DNA of 64,000 nt from Bacilli bacterium (GTDB lineage Bacteria > Bacillota_I > Bacilli_A > ML615J-28 > CAG-698), in assembly GCA_050953065.1 (NCBI GenBank), contig JBMNLZ010000003.1:192001-256000 (forward strand), written 5' to 3'. Under the pieces are notes generated by a model. The model saw only the letters and a program-made list of their open reading frames with translations. It had not been told where the DNA came from and made no database searches. Below are positions 30,533 through 41,274 of this stretch, piece by piece (the first letter of the stretch is position 1; every line of letters starts with the position of its first letter). Made by a program: the position numbers and the translations under genes.

Positions 30533-32051
30533 CTTCTTCACCTATTAATTCTAATGCTTCTTTTTGTTTTTTCTTGGTTTTATATTCCATATATTTATAA
30601 ACTAATCCTAACAATTGAATTGTAACAAGTGGCGTTAAAGCTACTATTGTTATCAAACCAAAAGCATTAGACATTATCATTGAACTATCACCATTTCCTA
30701 AAGAGATGGCAGCACCTAAACCAAAAGCTACTAAGAATGTAGCAGTTAAAGGGCCTGATGCAACTGCACCTGAGTCAAAAGCAATTGCTGAAAATAAATC
30801 AGGTACAAAAAATGTTAATATTAAAGCAAGCCAATATCCTGGAACAATAAACCATAAAATACTAAATCCTAATAAGATTCTTAGCATTGCAAGCCCCATT
30901 GCAGCAGCAATGCTTAAAGAAATTGTAATTAACATTGTTTTTCTTGAAATCGCACCAGATGAAATTGTTTCAACTTCTTTATTTAAAACATAAACAGAAG
31001 GTTCTGCTAAAACTGCAACTAAACCAAAAACAGCACCAACTGGAATTAAAATCCAATTGTAACTTGATTCAGCAAGGGTTGCACCTAAAATTTTTCCAAC
31101 TGGTAAAAAGCCAACATTTGCACCAGTTAAGAAAAAAGTTAAACCAAAAAATGTATAAATCAATCCAAATGTTACTCTTAAAGTTTTCTGCTTAGAAAAT
31201 TTAAAAGCAAAGTAATTAAATATATAAAAAATAACGGCGATAGGCACTAACATAAAAAATACAGTTTTTACTTGAGTAACTAGTTCTTTTCCAACAGCAT
31301 TTAAAATTTCTTGAATACTATGAAAATTAATGATTACGGCCTCAATCGTAGCACTAGTTGGCTTATAAAAAGCTGATAATAATAAAACTGCTAGAATTGG
31401 CCCCATTGAACAAATCGCCACTAACCCAAAACTATCATCTTCTCTACCTTTATCGCCACGAATTGATCCGATTCCTACACCAAAAGCCATAATGAAGGGA
31501 ACTGTCATTGCTCCTGTTGTTGCTCCTCCCGAATCAAAAGCAAATGGTAAAATTTCTTTTGGAACAAAAAAAATTAAAATAAATGCTAAAGTATATCCTA
31601 TTAACAAGACATATCTTAGTTTAATTTTAAATAAAATTCTTAAAACTGAAATCATAAACAAAAATCCAAGTCCAATTGCAATTGCTATAATCAAAACACT
31701 ACTAGGAATTGCATCGCCTAATTGATTAGTTAAAACAATTACACCTGGTTCTGTAATAGTTACTAAAAATCCCATTAAGAATACAAAAAAGATAATTAAT
31801 ATTAAATTTTGTTTTTTGATCAAATAAGTACCCATAGTTTCACCAATAGGTAACATTGCGACTTCAGCTCCTAAAGAAAATAAACCAATTCCTAAAGTTA
31901 ATAAAATTGCTGATACAAAAAACAATATATACAAATATAAATTAAAAGGAACGAAGATTAACATTAGAAAGAAAATTGATAATGCAATAGGCGATACTGA
32001 CATCAAAGCTCCTAAAAGCTTCTTATAAATAATTCTATAAATTTCCGCCAC
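30525..32051 (-). CDS. DUF1538 family membrane protein (tandem duplicated domain)
   Basis: TEPGV/AEPSV, AFDSGGATTG/AFDSGAVASGP, FGLVA; start codon uncertain. Confidence 0.88.
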   Translation of the reverse strand: MAEIYRIIYKKLLGALMSVSPIALSIFFLMLIFVPFNLYLYILFFVSAILLTLGIGLFSLGAEVAMLPIGETMGTYLIKKQNLILIIFFVFLMGFLVTITEPGVIVLTNQLGDAIPSSVLIIAIAIGLGFLFMISVLRILFKIKLRYVLLIGYTLAFILIFFVPKEILPFAFDSGGATTGAMTVPFIMAFGVGIGSIRGDKGREDDSFGLVAICSMGPILAVLLLSAFYKPTSATIEAVIINFHSIQEILNAVGKELVTQVKTVFFMLVPIAVIFYIFNYFAFKFSKQKTLRVTFGLIYTFFGLTFFLTGANVGFLPVGKILGATLAESSYNWILIPVGAVFGLVAVLAEPSVYVLNKEVETISSGAISRKTMLITISLSIAAAMGLAMLRILLGFSILWFIVPGYWLALILTFFVPDLFSAIAFDSGAVASGPLTATFLVAFGLGAAISLGNGDSSMIMSNAFGLITIVALTPLVTIQLLGLVYKYMEYKTKKKQKEALELIGEEDE

Positions 32052-32128
32052 CTCCTTTAAAAATACCATAATAATACTAACATAAAGGGGCATTTTTTGC
32101 AATAAAAAAACCAAGAAAACCTTGGTTT

Positions 32129-32947
32129 TTACTTAATTATATCTGAAATAATTTTTTTCTTCATACTTGGTGCAATACAATTCTTCTTTGTAAAAACATC
32201 ATATTCGCTTTCTCTACAAACATCTAGAATTGCTTTATAATAAAGCAAACTTAAAAGTACTGCATTTCTTGCATCTGAATCAATTTTTCCAATATCTTTA
32301 ATTGCTTGATCATAATACCCATCAGCTCTTAAAGCTAAATCTTCAAACAGTTCAATAAATTCTTTTGTTGGTTTTTGAAGTGATATATCATAATTATATT
32401 TTTTTAATAATTCTTCTGGAAGATAAACTCTAGCATTTCTATAATCTTCACCAACATCTCTTAAGATATTAGTTATTTGCATTGCATAGCCTAAATTAAT
32501 TAATAATGGTTTTAACTCTTCATGATTTTTAGGCGATAAAATTGGACCAAGCATCAAACCAACAGTACTTCCAATTAAATAACAATATTCTAAAAACTCA
32601 TCAAATGTTTGATAAGATTTCTTTTCATAATCCATTTTTTGGCCTTTAATAAAATCTAGAAATACCTCTATATCCATTTCATATTTATTAAAAACTCTAC
32701 TTAAAGACCTCCAAAAAAAATCATTTTTATTAGAAGTTTTGATATTTACAAGTTTTTCTTCAATTTTATTTAAAGCTTCTAAATCTTTTTTTTCATCCAC
32801 TATATCATCTACCATTCTAACAAAAGCATAAATAGAATAAATGGCTCTTTTTTTATCCCTATTCTCGACTCTTTTGAAAGAACAAAAAATTGATTCTGAA
32901 TTATTTTTTATAATTTGTTTACATTTTCTATTATCTACACATCTCAT
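32129..32947 (-). CDS. crtB: Phytoene/squalene synthase
   Basis: YAFVRMVDDIVD, YCY-STVG, LGYAMQITNILRDVGED, RVYLP. Confidence 0.9.
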   Translation of the reverse strand: MRCVDNRKCKQIIKNNSESIFCSFKRVENRDKKRAIYSIYAFVRMVDDIVDEKKDLEALNKIEEKLVNIKTSNKNDFFWRSLSRVFNKYEMDIEVFLDFIKGQKMDYEKKSYQTFDEFLEYCYLIGSTVGLMLGPILSPKNHEELKPLLINLGYAMQITNILRDVGEDYRNARVYLPEELLKKYNYDISLQKPTKEFIELFEDLALRADGYYDQAIKDIGKIDSDARNAVLLSLLYYKAILDVCRESEYDVFTKKNCIAPSMKKKIISDIIK

Positions 32948-34440
32948 GATTTTCTTTTACTATCCTTTATAATTTCTGATACTGCTAATTTTGCACTAGT
33001 TAAAACAAAAGGTACTCCAGGTCCTGGATGACTTGAACCCCCTGCAAAATATAAGTTTCTAGCAACTCTAGCACGATTTTGTGGTCTAAAATAATTACTT
33101 TGAGAAAGAATTGGTTTTAGGCCATAAAGTGCACCTTTAAACATCATAAACTTTTCTTTAAAATCTTCAGGACTAAAAGGAATTTTAACTTCAATATGGT
33201 TTCTAATATCCTCAAAGCCTTTTATCTTTTCAAGCATGTTTAATATTTTTTCAGAAAAATCAGTCACCAAATCTTTTTTCCATTTATTTTCACTATCATG
33301 TAAATTAGGTACTGGAACTGAAACATAAAGTATTTCTTTACCACTAGGTGCTACACTTTCATCAATTTGACTTGGCGAATAAAGATAAATTGTTGGATCA
33401 TCAGGTATTCTATCTTCATATAAATCTTTAATATTTTGATTAAAGTCTTTTGAAAATCTAATATTATGGACTGGTAGATTAGGATATTTTTTATTTAGTC
33501 CTAAATAAAGCATAAATGCAGAAGACGAATATTCCATTTTCTCAACTTTTTTAGTTGGGAATCTACTTTTATCTTCTTCCTCTTTCATCAAATATTTTGT
33601 AGCATAAGGAAAATCTGCGTTTGAAAGAACAATGTCATATCTTTTAACTTCTCTATCAATTAAGATACCTTGAATTTTTTTCTTATCTATAATAATTTCT
33701 TCTACTCTAGTATTGAAATGAATTTTTCCACCTAACTCTAGAAATAGTTTTTCTAAAGATTTTGCATAAGTATACATTCCACCTTTAATATACCATACCC
33801 CGTAAATAGAAGCCATAATTGGAATTATTGAATAAAAGGAAGGACTTGTTTCAGGATTAATTCCAAGAAATATATTTTGAACTGCCAAAGCTTGGATTAA
33901 TTTTTCATCTTGAATATATTTTCTAATTAAACCATAAGTACTTTTAAATTTTTTTAATTTAGAACCTGCTATTAAGGATTTCAAGCTGTATTGTTCAAAT
34001 ATATTACGATAAGTTTTTTCAAGACAATTCTTTTTAACATATAAATATTTTTTATAAACATCTGCAATATATTCAAGATAGCCTAAAACATCTTTTTCAC
34101 TTAGACCTTCTAAATTTTTCATCGTTTTTACTAAATCATTAGACATCTGGAACTCTTTACCGTCTGCATAACTTAAAACACACATTGGGTCTAACCTTTG
34201 CATAGTAAAATAATTATCTGGACTTTTACCAGCGTAAATAAATATTTCTTTATAAATATCTGGAAACATTACAAACGTTGGACCCACATCAAATAAAAAT
34301 CCATTCTTCTTTATAATGCTCATTCTTCCACCTACGATGGGATTTTTTTCATAAATATCAACATCATAGCCATTAACTTTTAATCTAATCGCTGAGGCAA
34401 GCCCTGCTACCCCAGATCCTATAATCGCTATTTTTTTCAT
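32944..34440 (-). CDS. crtI: Phytoene desaturase family oxidoreductase
   Basis: GSGVAGL Rossmann motif, GGRM, FDVGPT, LYFAGGSSHPGPGVP. Confidence 0.9.
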   Translation of the reverse strand: MKKIAIIGSGVAGLASAIRLKVNGYDVDIYEKNPIVGGRMSIIKKNGFLFDVGPTFVMFPDIYKEIFIYAGKSPDNYFTMQRLDPMCVLSYADGKEFQMSNDLVKTMKNLEGLSEKDVLGYLEYIADVYKKYLYVKKNCLEKTYRNIFEQYSLKSLIAGSKLKKFKSTYGLIRKYIQDEKLIQALAVQNIFLGINPETSPSFYSIIPIMASIYGVWYIKGGMYTYAKSLEKLFLELGGKIHFNTRVEEIIIDKKKIQGILIDREVKRYDIVLSNADFPYATKYLMKEEEDKSRFPTKKVEKMEYSSSAFMLYLGLNKKYPNLPVHNIRFSKDFNQNIKDLYEDRIPDDPTIYLYSPSQIDESVAPSGKEILYVSVPVPNLHDSENKWKKDLVTDFSEKILNMLEKIKGFEDIRNHIEVKIPFSPEDFKEKFMMFKGALYGLKPILSQSNYFRPQNRARVARNLYFAGGSSHPGPGVPFVLTSAKLAVSEIIKDSKRKS

Positions 34441-34475
34441 TTTTCTCTTTCCCTTTTTCTTTTTCCCTTTTTCTT

Positions 34476-37400
34476 TTAAGTTAAAGTAACTGATATTCCT
34501 TTTTGAGCAACAAATGATGTTCCATCAATTTCAGCATAAATAGTTACCTTTCCTATTGAATATGCTCTAACTAACCCATTCTCATCAACTGTTGCTACCC
34601 CTGGATTACTTGTACTCCACTTAACAGTTAAAGATTCATTTTCAGGGGTAATAGTATAACCTAACTGCATTGTTTGACCAACTTTCATGGAGTTTGAACC
34701 ACCAGTAATTGTTATTGTATAATTTACTTCTGGAGGATTAGAATCAGTCACAGTAATTAAAATTGTATCATAAACAGTTGGATCGTTTACTAAATAAGCA
34801 GTAATTGTTACAACACCAGCACTAACTCCTGTAACAACTCCGTTATTAACAAAAGCTACATTATTATCACTTGAACTCCACTGAATAGCACCACCAACAT
34901 TTGAAGTTGCAGTTAAAGTAATTTGTTCTGCTACTTCTACAGTATCAAGCCCACTAATTGTTACAGTAGGTGTAACTTGGCTTACACTAATATTTGTAAA
35001 AGCTACTATTTCATCTCCTGAAATATCAACAATTAAATATATCGTAACATTTCCAGTACTAACTCCTTTAACTAAACCACCAGATGTTACAGATGCAACT
35101 CCCACATTACTGCTTGACCACGAAATAATAGCATTAGGGTTAGCTGGATCAATTACATACCCAAGTTGTAATTCTTCATTCACTGTAATATTTTTTGAAT
35201 TAGTGATGTATACATTTGGAAGAGAACTTGAATTATTAGTTACCGCAACCTCATGTGTTGCATAAACATTAGCATCAGTTGAAAGTGCTGCTTTAATATT
35301 AACAACTCCTTCTGCAACGCCATATACTATACCATTATTAACAATCGCTACATTTGAATTACTACTTGTCCAAGTAACATTTCCACCATTAGAAGCACTT
35401 GCAAGTAAAGTTATTGTTTCTTCGATATTAACCTCATGAGCACCAGTAATTGTTATCGTAATTACTTCAGTTTCAGTTACTGTAATATTAACAGAGTTAG
35501 TAATTGTAGTTCCTTCAATTGAAGCAGTTATTTGAACAGTACCTGTTGCTTTTGCAGTAACAAGCCCAGTTGCACTAACTGATGCCACACTAGAGTTGCT
35601 TGATTCCCATAATACAACTGCACTACTATTTGCAGGATTAATTGTATAACCAAGTTGTCTAGTATTACCAATTACTAAATTGACATTGTTTGTTATTGTA
35701 AGAGTACTACCTGGTCCAGTTTCTAAAACTTTAATACTATGTGTTGCTGATACATCTTCATCTGATGATAGATAAGCAGTAATATTTACATCTCCTTGTG
35801 CAACACCATATACTACACCATTATTAACAAATGCTATATTACTATTACTTGTAGTCCAAGTAATAGCACCCTCTAGATTACACGTGGCTTTTAATGTTAT
35901 TTGTTCACCTTTAATTATTTGATTTCCACCAGTTATACTCATAATTCCATTTGGAGAAGAAGCTTCACTAACTACTTCTAGTTGGTGAGTTGCTTTAACT
36001 GCTGGATCACTTTGTAAATAAGCAGAAATTATAACCGTACCTACTGCTAAACCTAAAACACTTCCATTATTAACTAACGCTTTATTTGTATCACTACTTT
36101 CCCAAACAATCGTACCAACTTCAGAACATTCAACTATTAAATCAATAGTATTAGCAACTACTACTTCACTTGGCCCAGTAATTGTAATAGTTGGTGCAGC
36201 AACTATTAATAAAGTTACTGTACTTGAAACATTTTGATTTGCAGTTAGAGTTGCAGTAATTACAACCGAACCTTCGCCTATTCCTGTTACTAATCCACTA
36301 CTATTTACTGTTGCCATATTAGTATGATTTGAAGTATAACTAACAATAACTCCTTCTGGAACTAACCCAAGTTGCATTGTGCTTCCTACATATAAATAAC
36401 TATTTTGTCTAATCAACATAATAGAAGTAGGTATAATATAAATTTCTATTGTATCAGTAATTGTTTCATCTTCATCTAGTGTTACAGTAATATCAACAAA
36501 GCCACCTTTTTTTGCAGTAATTAAACCAGTTGCTGAGACTGTTGCAATATTTTCATCTGATGAGGCAAAACTATAACTAGCATTCTTAGGAGTAACAACT
36601 ACGACAGCTTGTGAAGTCTCACCAACAGTTATCTCAGTTGCAGTACCAATTAAACTAATAGATCTTACAACATCATAAACTGTAATCAACACTTCATCAT
36701 AAATACTAGAACCTTCAATTGAAACTGTAATCGTAGCAGTTCCTACTTTTTTGGCTTCTAGTAAACCACTAGAATTAATACTTATTATACTATTATCACT
36801 ACTACTCCAATTTATGATAATTGATTCATCGATAAAATTAATTGAATAACCAAGTTGTAAAGTTTCACCAAGTCCAACATCACTTGCATTGTTTATTATA
36901 ATACTTTGAGTTAAATTATCTTGATTTTCAAAAACTTCAATTTCATATGATGTAATTAAAGTTGGATCACTTGACAAAAAGGCTACAATATCAACAACAC
37001 CTGCACTAACTCCAGTAACTTTTCCAGTTTCATCAACTGTAGCAATATTCTTATCACTAGAAACCCAAGAAATATTGCCAACAACAGAACAAGTTGCAGT
37101 TAATTTAATATTTTTTGAAACTAATAATTCATTAAACCCGGTAATTGTAATTGTCTCACCTGAATTAGGACTCATAACTAAAACAATATGAGTTGAAAAA
37201 ATGCTAGGATCATTTTTTAAACTAGCAATGATTGTTGCTTGTCCAACAGACACCCCATAGACAATGCCATTAACAACCGTAGCAACATATGGATTACTAC
37301 TTGACCATGCAAAATTTGTTGCTCCTAAAGATTCTGTTGCATTAAGTAAAATTGTATCACCTACTAAAACTGTATCATTACCTGTTATTGTTATAGTAGG

Positions 37401-38750
37401 TTTTTCTATTTCACCTGAAATAGTGATAACATAGGTTGCACTAAATTCATCATTGTAACCAGCTGAGGCTACAACTACTAAATTACCAGCTTTATGAGCA
37501 GTTAATAAGCCTGAAGCTGAAATTGTAGCTAAAGCTGTATTAGTACTAACCCATTTTATTTCAGAATAATAAGTTGATGAAAAATTAACATTAAGTTGTA
37601 GAGTCTCACCGCTTGCAATAGTATTGCTATCAGCAGTTATACTCATGTTAACTGTTGTAATATCATTTACATAAATTCTATAATTAGAACTAATCGTAGA
37701 ATCACTTTTTAGCGTTGCTGTAATATCAGTAATTCCCTTTTTAATTGGATTTATAACACCTTCATTGTCAACAGTTGCAACACTTACATCACTACTTGTC
37801 CAATTTACCACCGCATCAACATTATAAGGTCTTTCTACCGCAATCAAAGTTGCACTGTTTCCAACTTGAAAATATCTTTTACCTAATATATCAACTGAAA
37901 TTTCTATTTTAGCTTCCGTAACTTCAAAAATTAAATATGCTCTAACCTTTGTATCAGTGCTTAAAACTGCACTAACTACTGCCGTTCCAACGGCATTAGC
38001 TGTAGCAGTATTACCACTAATACTTACTACGGATGGAGTATCAGAAGAAAAAGTTACTAGCGAAGAATTAGTAATATTTTCTAAAACAGGAGCAAGTACT
38101 GCAGTATCTCCTACAAATAAATCAAGTTTACTATTAGCAAAAGTAATACTTGGTGTAATATCTGCTAAACTTTGACCAACTATAATATCTACTGAGGTAA
38201 ATTTATCAGTTCCAACTATAGTTACTGTGATTGTTGTTGTTCCACTTGTAAAAGCTCTAACTAACCCTGAATTACTAACATTAGCAACACTTGGTTTACT
38301 ACTGTGCCATTGAAGTTGAGATGATGAGCCATTTGCACTGCTAATAGAGTAAGCAAGTTGTAATTCATCTCCTATAAGCAAGTTTTTTGCATTGGTAATT
38401 TCAATGTCTCTTTGGTCAAGATGTTCTTCAATTATTTCAATGTCTATGAAATATTTTACATCTTCATATGTAACAAAAATACTTTGATCACCTAAAGTTG
38501 TATTATCAAAACCTGTTATCATATTTTTTTCAACAACAATATTTAAAACAGTACCATCTTTATAAGTTCTTTTAATAATTAAACCAGATAAATCTATTTC
38601 TTCATCTAATTCATAAACTGTTTGAAAATTAGTCGTATCTAAAGAAACTTCATATTTTGAAGCATTTAATTTACATCCGTTTAAAAAAAGAAAAAAGAAA
38701 AGAGGTATCATTAATAACCATTTCTTATTTAAAAAAATATTTTTCATCAT
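34476..38750 (-). CDS. Large surface lipoprotein with many Big_2 Ig-like repeats (putative adhesin)
   Basis: Lipobox LNGC; N-terminal bacterial Ig domain (GFDNTTLG); about 15 W-S-S-x-x-x-VA-V-x-x-G-V repeats; no catalytic domain seen. Confidence 0.88.
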   Translation of the reverse strand: MMKNIFLNKKWLLMIPLFFFLFLNGCKLNASKYEVSLDTTNFQTVYELDEEIDLSGLIIKRTYKDGTVLNIVVEKNMITGFDNTTLGDQSIFVTYEDVKYFIDIEIIEEHLDQRDIEITNAKNLLIGDELQLAYSISSANGSSSQLQWHSSKPSVANVSNSGLVRAFTSGTTTITVTIVGTDKFTSVDIIVGQSLADITPSITFANSKLDLFVGDTAVLAPVLENITNSSLVTFSSDTPSVVSISGNTATANAVGTAVVSAVLSTDTKVRAYLIFEVTEAKIEISVDILGKRYFQVGNSATLIAVERPYNVDAVVNWTSSDVSVATVDNEGVINPIKKGITDITATLKSDSTISSNYRIYVNDITTVNMSITADSNTIASGETLQLNVNFSSTYYSEIKWVSTNTALATISASGLLTAHKAGNLVVVASAGYNDEFSATYVITISGEIEKPTITITGNDTVLVGDTILLNATESLGATNFAWSSSNPYVATVVNGIVYGVSVGQATIIASLKNDPSIFSTHIVLVMSPNSGETITITGFNELLVSKNIKLTATCSVVGNISWVSSDKNIATVDETGKVTGVSAGVVDIVAFLSSDPTLITSYEIEVFENQDNLTQSIIINNASDVGLGETLQLGYSINFIDESIIINWSSSDNSIISINSSGLLEAKKVGTATITVSIEGSSIYDEVLITVYDVVRSISLIGTATEITVGETSQAVVVVTPKNASYSFASSDENIATVSATGLITAKKGGFVDITVTLDEDETITDTIEIYIIPTSIMLIRQNSYLYVGSTMQLGLVPEGVIVSYTSNHTNMATVNSSGLVTGIGEGSVVITATLTANQNVSSTVTLLIVAAPTITITGPSEVVVANTIDLIVECSEVGTIVWESSDTNKALVNNGSVLGLAVGTVIISAYLQSDPAVKATHQLEVVSEASSPNGIMSITGGNQIIKGEQITLKATCNLEGAITWTTSNSNIAFVNNGVVYGVAQGDVNITAYLSSDEDVSATHSIKVLETGPGSTLTITNNVNLVIGNTRQLGYTINPANSSAVVLWESSNSSVASVSATGLVTAKATGTVQITASIEGTTITNSVNITVTETEVITITITGAHEVNIEETITLLASASNGGNVTWTSSNSNVAIVNNGIVYGVAEGVVNIKAALSTDANVYATHEVAVTNNSSSLPNVYITNSKNITVNEELQLGYVIDPANPNAIISWSSSNVGVASVTSGGLVKGVSTGNVTIYLIVDISGDEIVAFTNISVSQVTPTVTISGLDTVEVAEQITLTATSNVGGAIQWSSSDNNVAFVNNGVVTGVSAGVVTITAYLVNDPTVYDTILITVTDSNPPEVNYTITITGGSNSMKVGQTMQLGYTITPENESLTVKWSTSNPGVATVDENGLVRAYSIGKVTIYAEIDGTSFVAQKGISVTLT

Positions 38751-38875
38751 TATTCCCCCTTTTTAAACACTCTTTCTTAAAATCCTTTGATACATTATTA
38801 TACCATATTTAACTTAAAATAAAGTTGTTTTTAAAGAAAAAAAGGTAAATTTTAATTTTACCTTTTTCTTGCTTT

Positions 38876-39484
38876 TTATTCAGTTTCTTCTTCAGTTTCT
38901 TCAGTTTCTTCAGTTTCTTCTTCACCTTCAGTTGGTTCTTCTACTGTTTCAACTTTAACAGTCGGTTCTTTAACTATTAAAACCATTTTTTCAGGATCTT
39001 CTAAAATTTTTAAGCCTTCTGGTACTACCATATCTTTAATATAGATAGCATCACCTGCGTTAAATTCAGCAACATCTATATCATAACTTGCAATTCCTTT
39101 TCCAACAGCATATTCTGTTTCAATAGCATCTGTAACAATTTGTACAAACAATTTTCTTTTTTCAACTTCTTCTTTGTTAATCGCAACAACTGGAATCGCT
39201 ACTATCATAGTATCAGTTTCAGAAACTTTTTGGAAATCAAAATGCATTATTTTATTTCCTCTATAAGTATCTATTTGAAGATCTTTTATATAAACTATAT
39301 GTTTTTTACCTTCAAGTTCAACTTGAAAAGTTCTACTTCTTCCAAATTCACCATAGATTTTTTTAAGTAGTCTTTCATCAATCATTACAGATTGTGTTTC
39401 AATTAGTTTGCTGTACATAACACCTGGCACCATATTCTTGGCACGCACTTTTTTTACTGATTCTTTCCTTAATTCTAATTTCAT
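38876..39484 (-). CDS. rplY: 50S ribosomal protein L25/Ctc
   Basis: KKVR-VPGVMY, HFDF, AIYIKD, acidic tail. Confidence 0.92.
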   Translation of the reverse strand: MKLELRKESVKKVRAKNMVPGVMYSKLIETQSVMIDERLLKKIYGEFGRSRTFQVELEGKKHIVYIKDLQIDTYRGNKIMHFDFQKVSETDTMIVAIPVVAINKEEVEKRKLFVQIVTDAIETEYAVGKGIASYDIDVAEFNAGDAIYIKDMVVPEGLKILEDPEKMVLIVKEPTVKVETVEEPTEGEEETEETEETEEETE

Positions 39485-39653
39485 ATGTCTTACTCCTTTT
39501 CTAACTTACTATAGTATTGTATCACATTTAAAAGAGTTTGTCTATAAATAAAAAACGCTCTTTTTTATAGCAAATGCAAAGTTTATCTTTTAATCTTATA
39601 TAATTCTATGATTATTATAAATATATCATTTACCTTTCACTTTAAATTTCATA

Positions 39654-39705
39654 ACAAAAGCCCCTTAAGTTTTTCCAAATTATATTTGGTCCAACTTAAG
39701 GGGTT
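39654..39705 (-). terminator. Long hairpin terminator at the end of the SipW-type cluster
   Basis: CCCCTTAAGTT...AACTTAAGGGG stem with T-run on the minus strand. Confidence 0.7.
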
Positions 39706-39738
39706 GGGGGTTAGGGGTTACAATTTTTTAAAAACATT

Positions 39739-40359
39739 TTATTCACAAAGAATTATAAGGTCATCTAAGTTTAAATCTCCCTTAGGATTGCTATGTCCTA
39801 CGAAATTAAAACTAAATGTTACCTCAGTAGTTGCTTTTGGATAGACAACTCCATTTACTCCTGTTGTATAGAAGTAAGATAAATCAAATGAAGCTTGAGT
39901 CCAAGTCTTAGGGATTGGTTGATTGTTAATCAAATATACTGTTACAGTGCCATTAATTATTGCAGTTAAAGTTAAGTTATGAGGATTATTAAATCCATTT
40001 GTTACTTGACTATAATAAAAGGAAATTGATGTAGCTCCAGTATAACTATCTGCTGATGTAAAAGATGAATTTTATTGCAATCTTAAACTTTGAGTTCCAT
40101 TATAATTATCAGTTGAACTATTACCAACAATTATATTTGTTAGATTCCATGTTTTACCATCAATTTTCAAAGTAGATCCGCCAGTATAATTTTCAAATCC
40201 GCTACCAGCCTCTCCTCTCCAATCACCAAGAGGAACCGTTTCAAATTGATTTGTAGTTAAATTATCAAAATAAGCATACGTGAAAGAAGTCGCAACAAAG
40301 AAAGTTAACATTGACATTACCATTAACATATATATTGGTATAATTTTAGTTATTTTCAT
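39739..40359 (-). pseudogene. SipW-type signal-peptide protein (class B) with an in-frame premature TAA
   Basis: ORFs 40072-40404 and 39739-39933 are in the same frame; read-through SLRLQ*NSSF aligns with SLRMKRNSSL in paralog 41275-41898. Confidence 0.88.
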
Positions 40360-40459
40360 ATTGCCCTCCTTTCTTTTAAAATTAGCCCAAATTAAACATT
40401 TCAATCTGGGCTAGTTTTAAGTAATTCTTTTTAAAATTTGTTTTTTAAAGTGTAATAAA

Positions 40460-40954
40460 TTAAGCAACTGAACCAGTAAATGTTAATGTGAAAGTAATAG
40501 GTTGTCCTTTAACTTCATCATAAGCTGCTTGTGTAGCAGGTTCAGCCATAGTTACTTCTACAGTAAACAATGTAGGTGTTGTAGTAATTGTTGTTGAACC
40601 AGATGGAGTTACAGTAACTGTTACAAGACCAGCATGAGTTGTAGAATTATTAATTTTAACATTGCTTGCAGTCGCAACAACACTCATTGTTCCTGATACA
40701 GTTTTGCTTGCTGCAACATTGTAAGTTAAAGTAATTTTTTTAACATCATTTGGACCAACATAAGTTGCTGTTGATGGAATTAAAACCTTCCCTGCTGGAG
40801 CTGTTGCTACCGCTTCAACTTCTACAGTTAATCCTTCACCAATTGTAATTGTTTCATCTTTTGTAACTGTTAAATTATCCCAATATGCATAAATTAAACC
40901 TGCACTCAATGAAATAAACAACACTAATAAAATAACTGATAAACGTTTTAACAT
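40460..40954 (-). CDS. SipW-type signal-peptide protein, class A (TasA/CalY-like fibre subunit candidate)
   Basis: Hydrophobic leader ending YA-YWD; beta-rich Thr/Val mature region; paralog of 42073-42555 and 42656-43150. Confidence 0.7.
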   Translation of the reverse strand: MLKRLSVILLVLFISLSAGLIYAYWDNLTVTKDETITIGEGLTVEVEAVATAPAGKVLIPSTATYVGPNDVKKITLTYNVAASKTVSGTMSVVATASNVKINNSTTHAGLVTVTVTPSGSTTITTTPTLFTVEVTMAEPATQAAYDEVKGQPITFTLTFTGSVA

Positions 40955-41040
40955 TTTTAAATACCTCCTTATTGTATTCTCTCTTTTTTACGTTTTTATA
41001 TACACAAGATTTTAAAAATCTTGAATATGCCTTTTTTACA

Positions 41041-41076
41041 AAATAAAAACTACCATAAAAATATTTTTTATGGTAG
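41041..41076 (-). terminator. Riboswitch expression-platform terminator 1
   Basis: CTACCATAAAAA/TTTTTATGGTAG + TTTTTATTT; overlaps the aptamer 3' end. Confidence 0.85.
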
Positions 41077-41144
41077 CTGGCTATCTTACATCTAAGACCC
41101 TGTAGTTTTCCGTCACTAAATCACTCTAGTTTTGGCTTTTTCAT
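41070..41144 (-). ncRNA. c-di-GMP-I (GEMM) riboswitch aptamer, copy 1
   Basis: GCCAAAACTAGA-GTGA-TTTAGTGACGGAAAACTACAGGGTCTTAG...AAGATAGCCAGCTACC; GNRA loop; promoter TTGACA-17-TACAAT at 41167-41195. Confidence 0.9.
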
Positions 41145-41274
41145 TTATTTATCACTTTGTATTTATATTGTAGCAAATAATTTTAATCTTGTCAACAAAT
41201 AAACACATTTTTTTAAAAATTTTTTTTTGATTGATTATTATAAATAGTTATCTTAGTAAAATGTATTTTTTAAG

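Noticed and set aside
38879-38930. TTCAGTTTC tandem repeats
   Set aside because: They encode the ordinary acidic tail (EETEETE) of L25/Ctc.
40072-40074. Stop-codon recoding or genetic code 4
   Set aside because: The interrupting codon is TAA, TGA is used as a real stop in ATGA overlaps, and tRNA-Trp has anticodon CCA.
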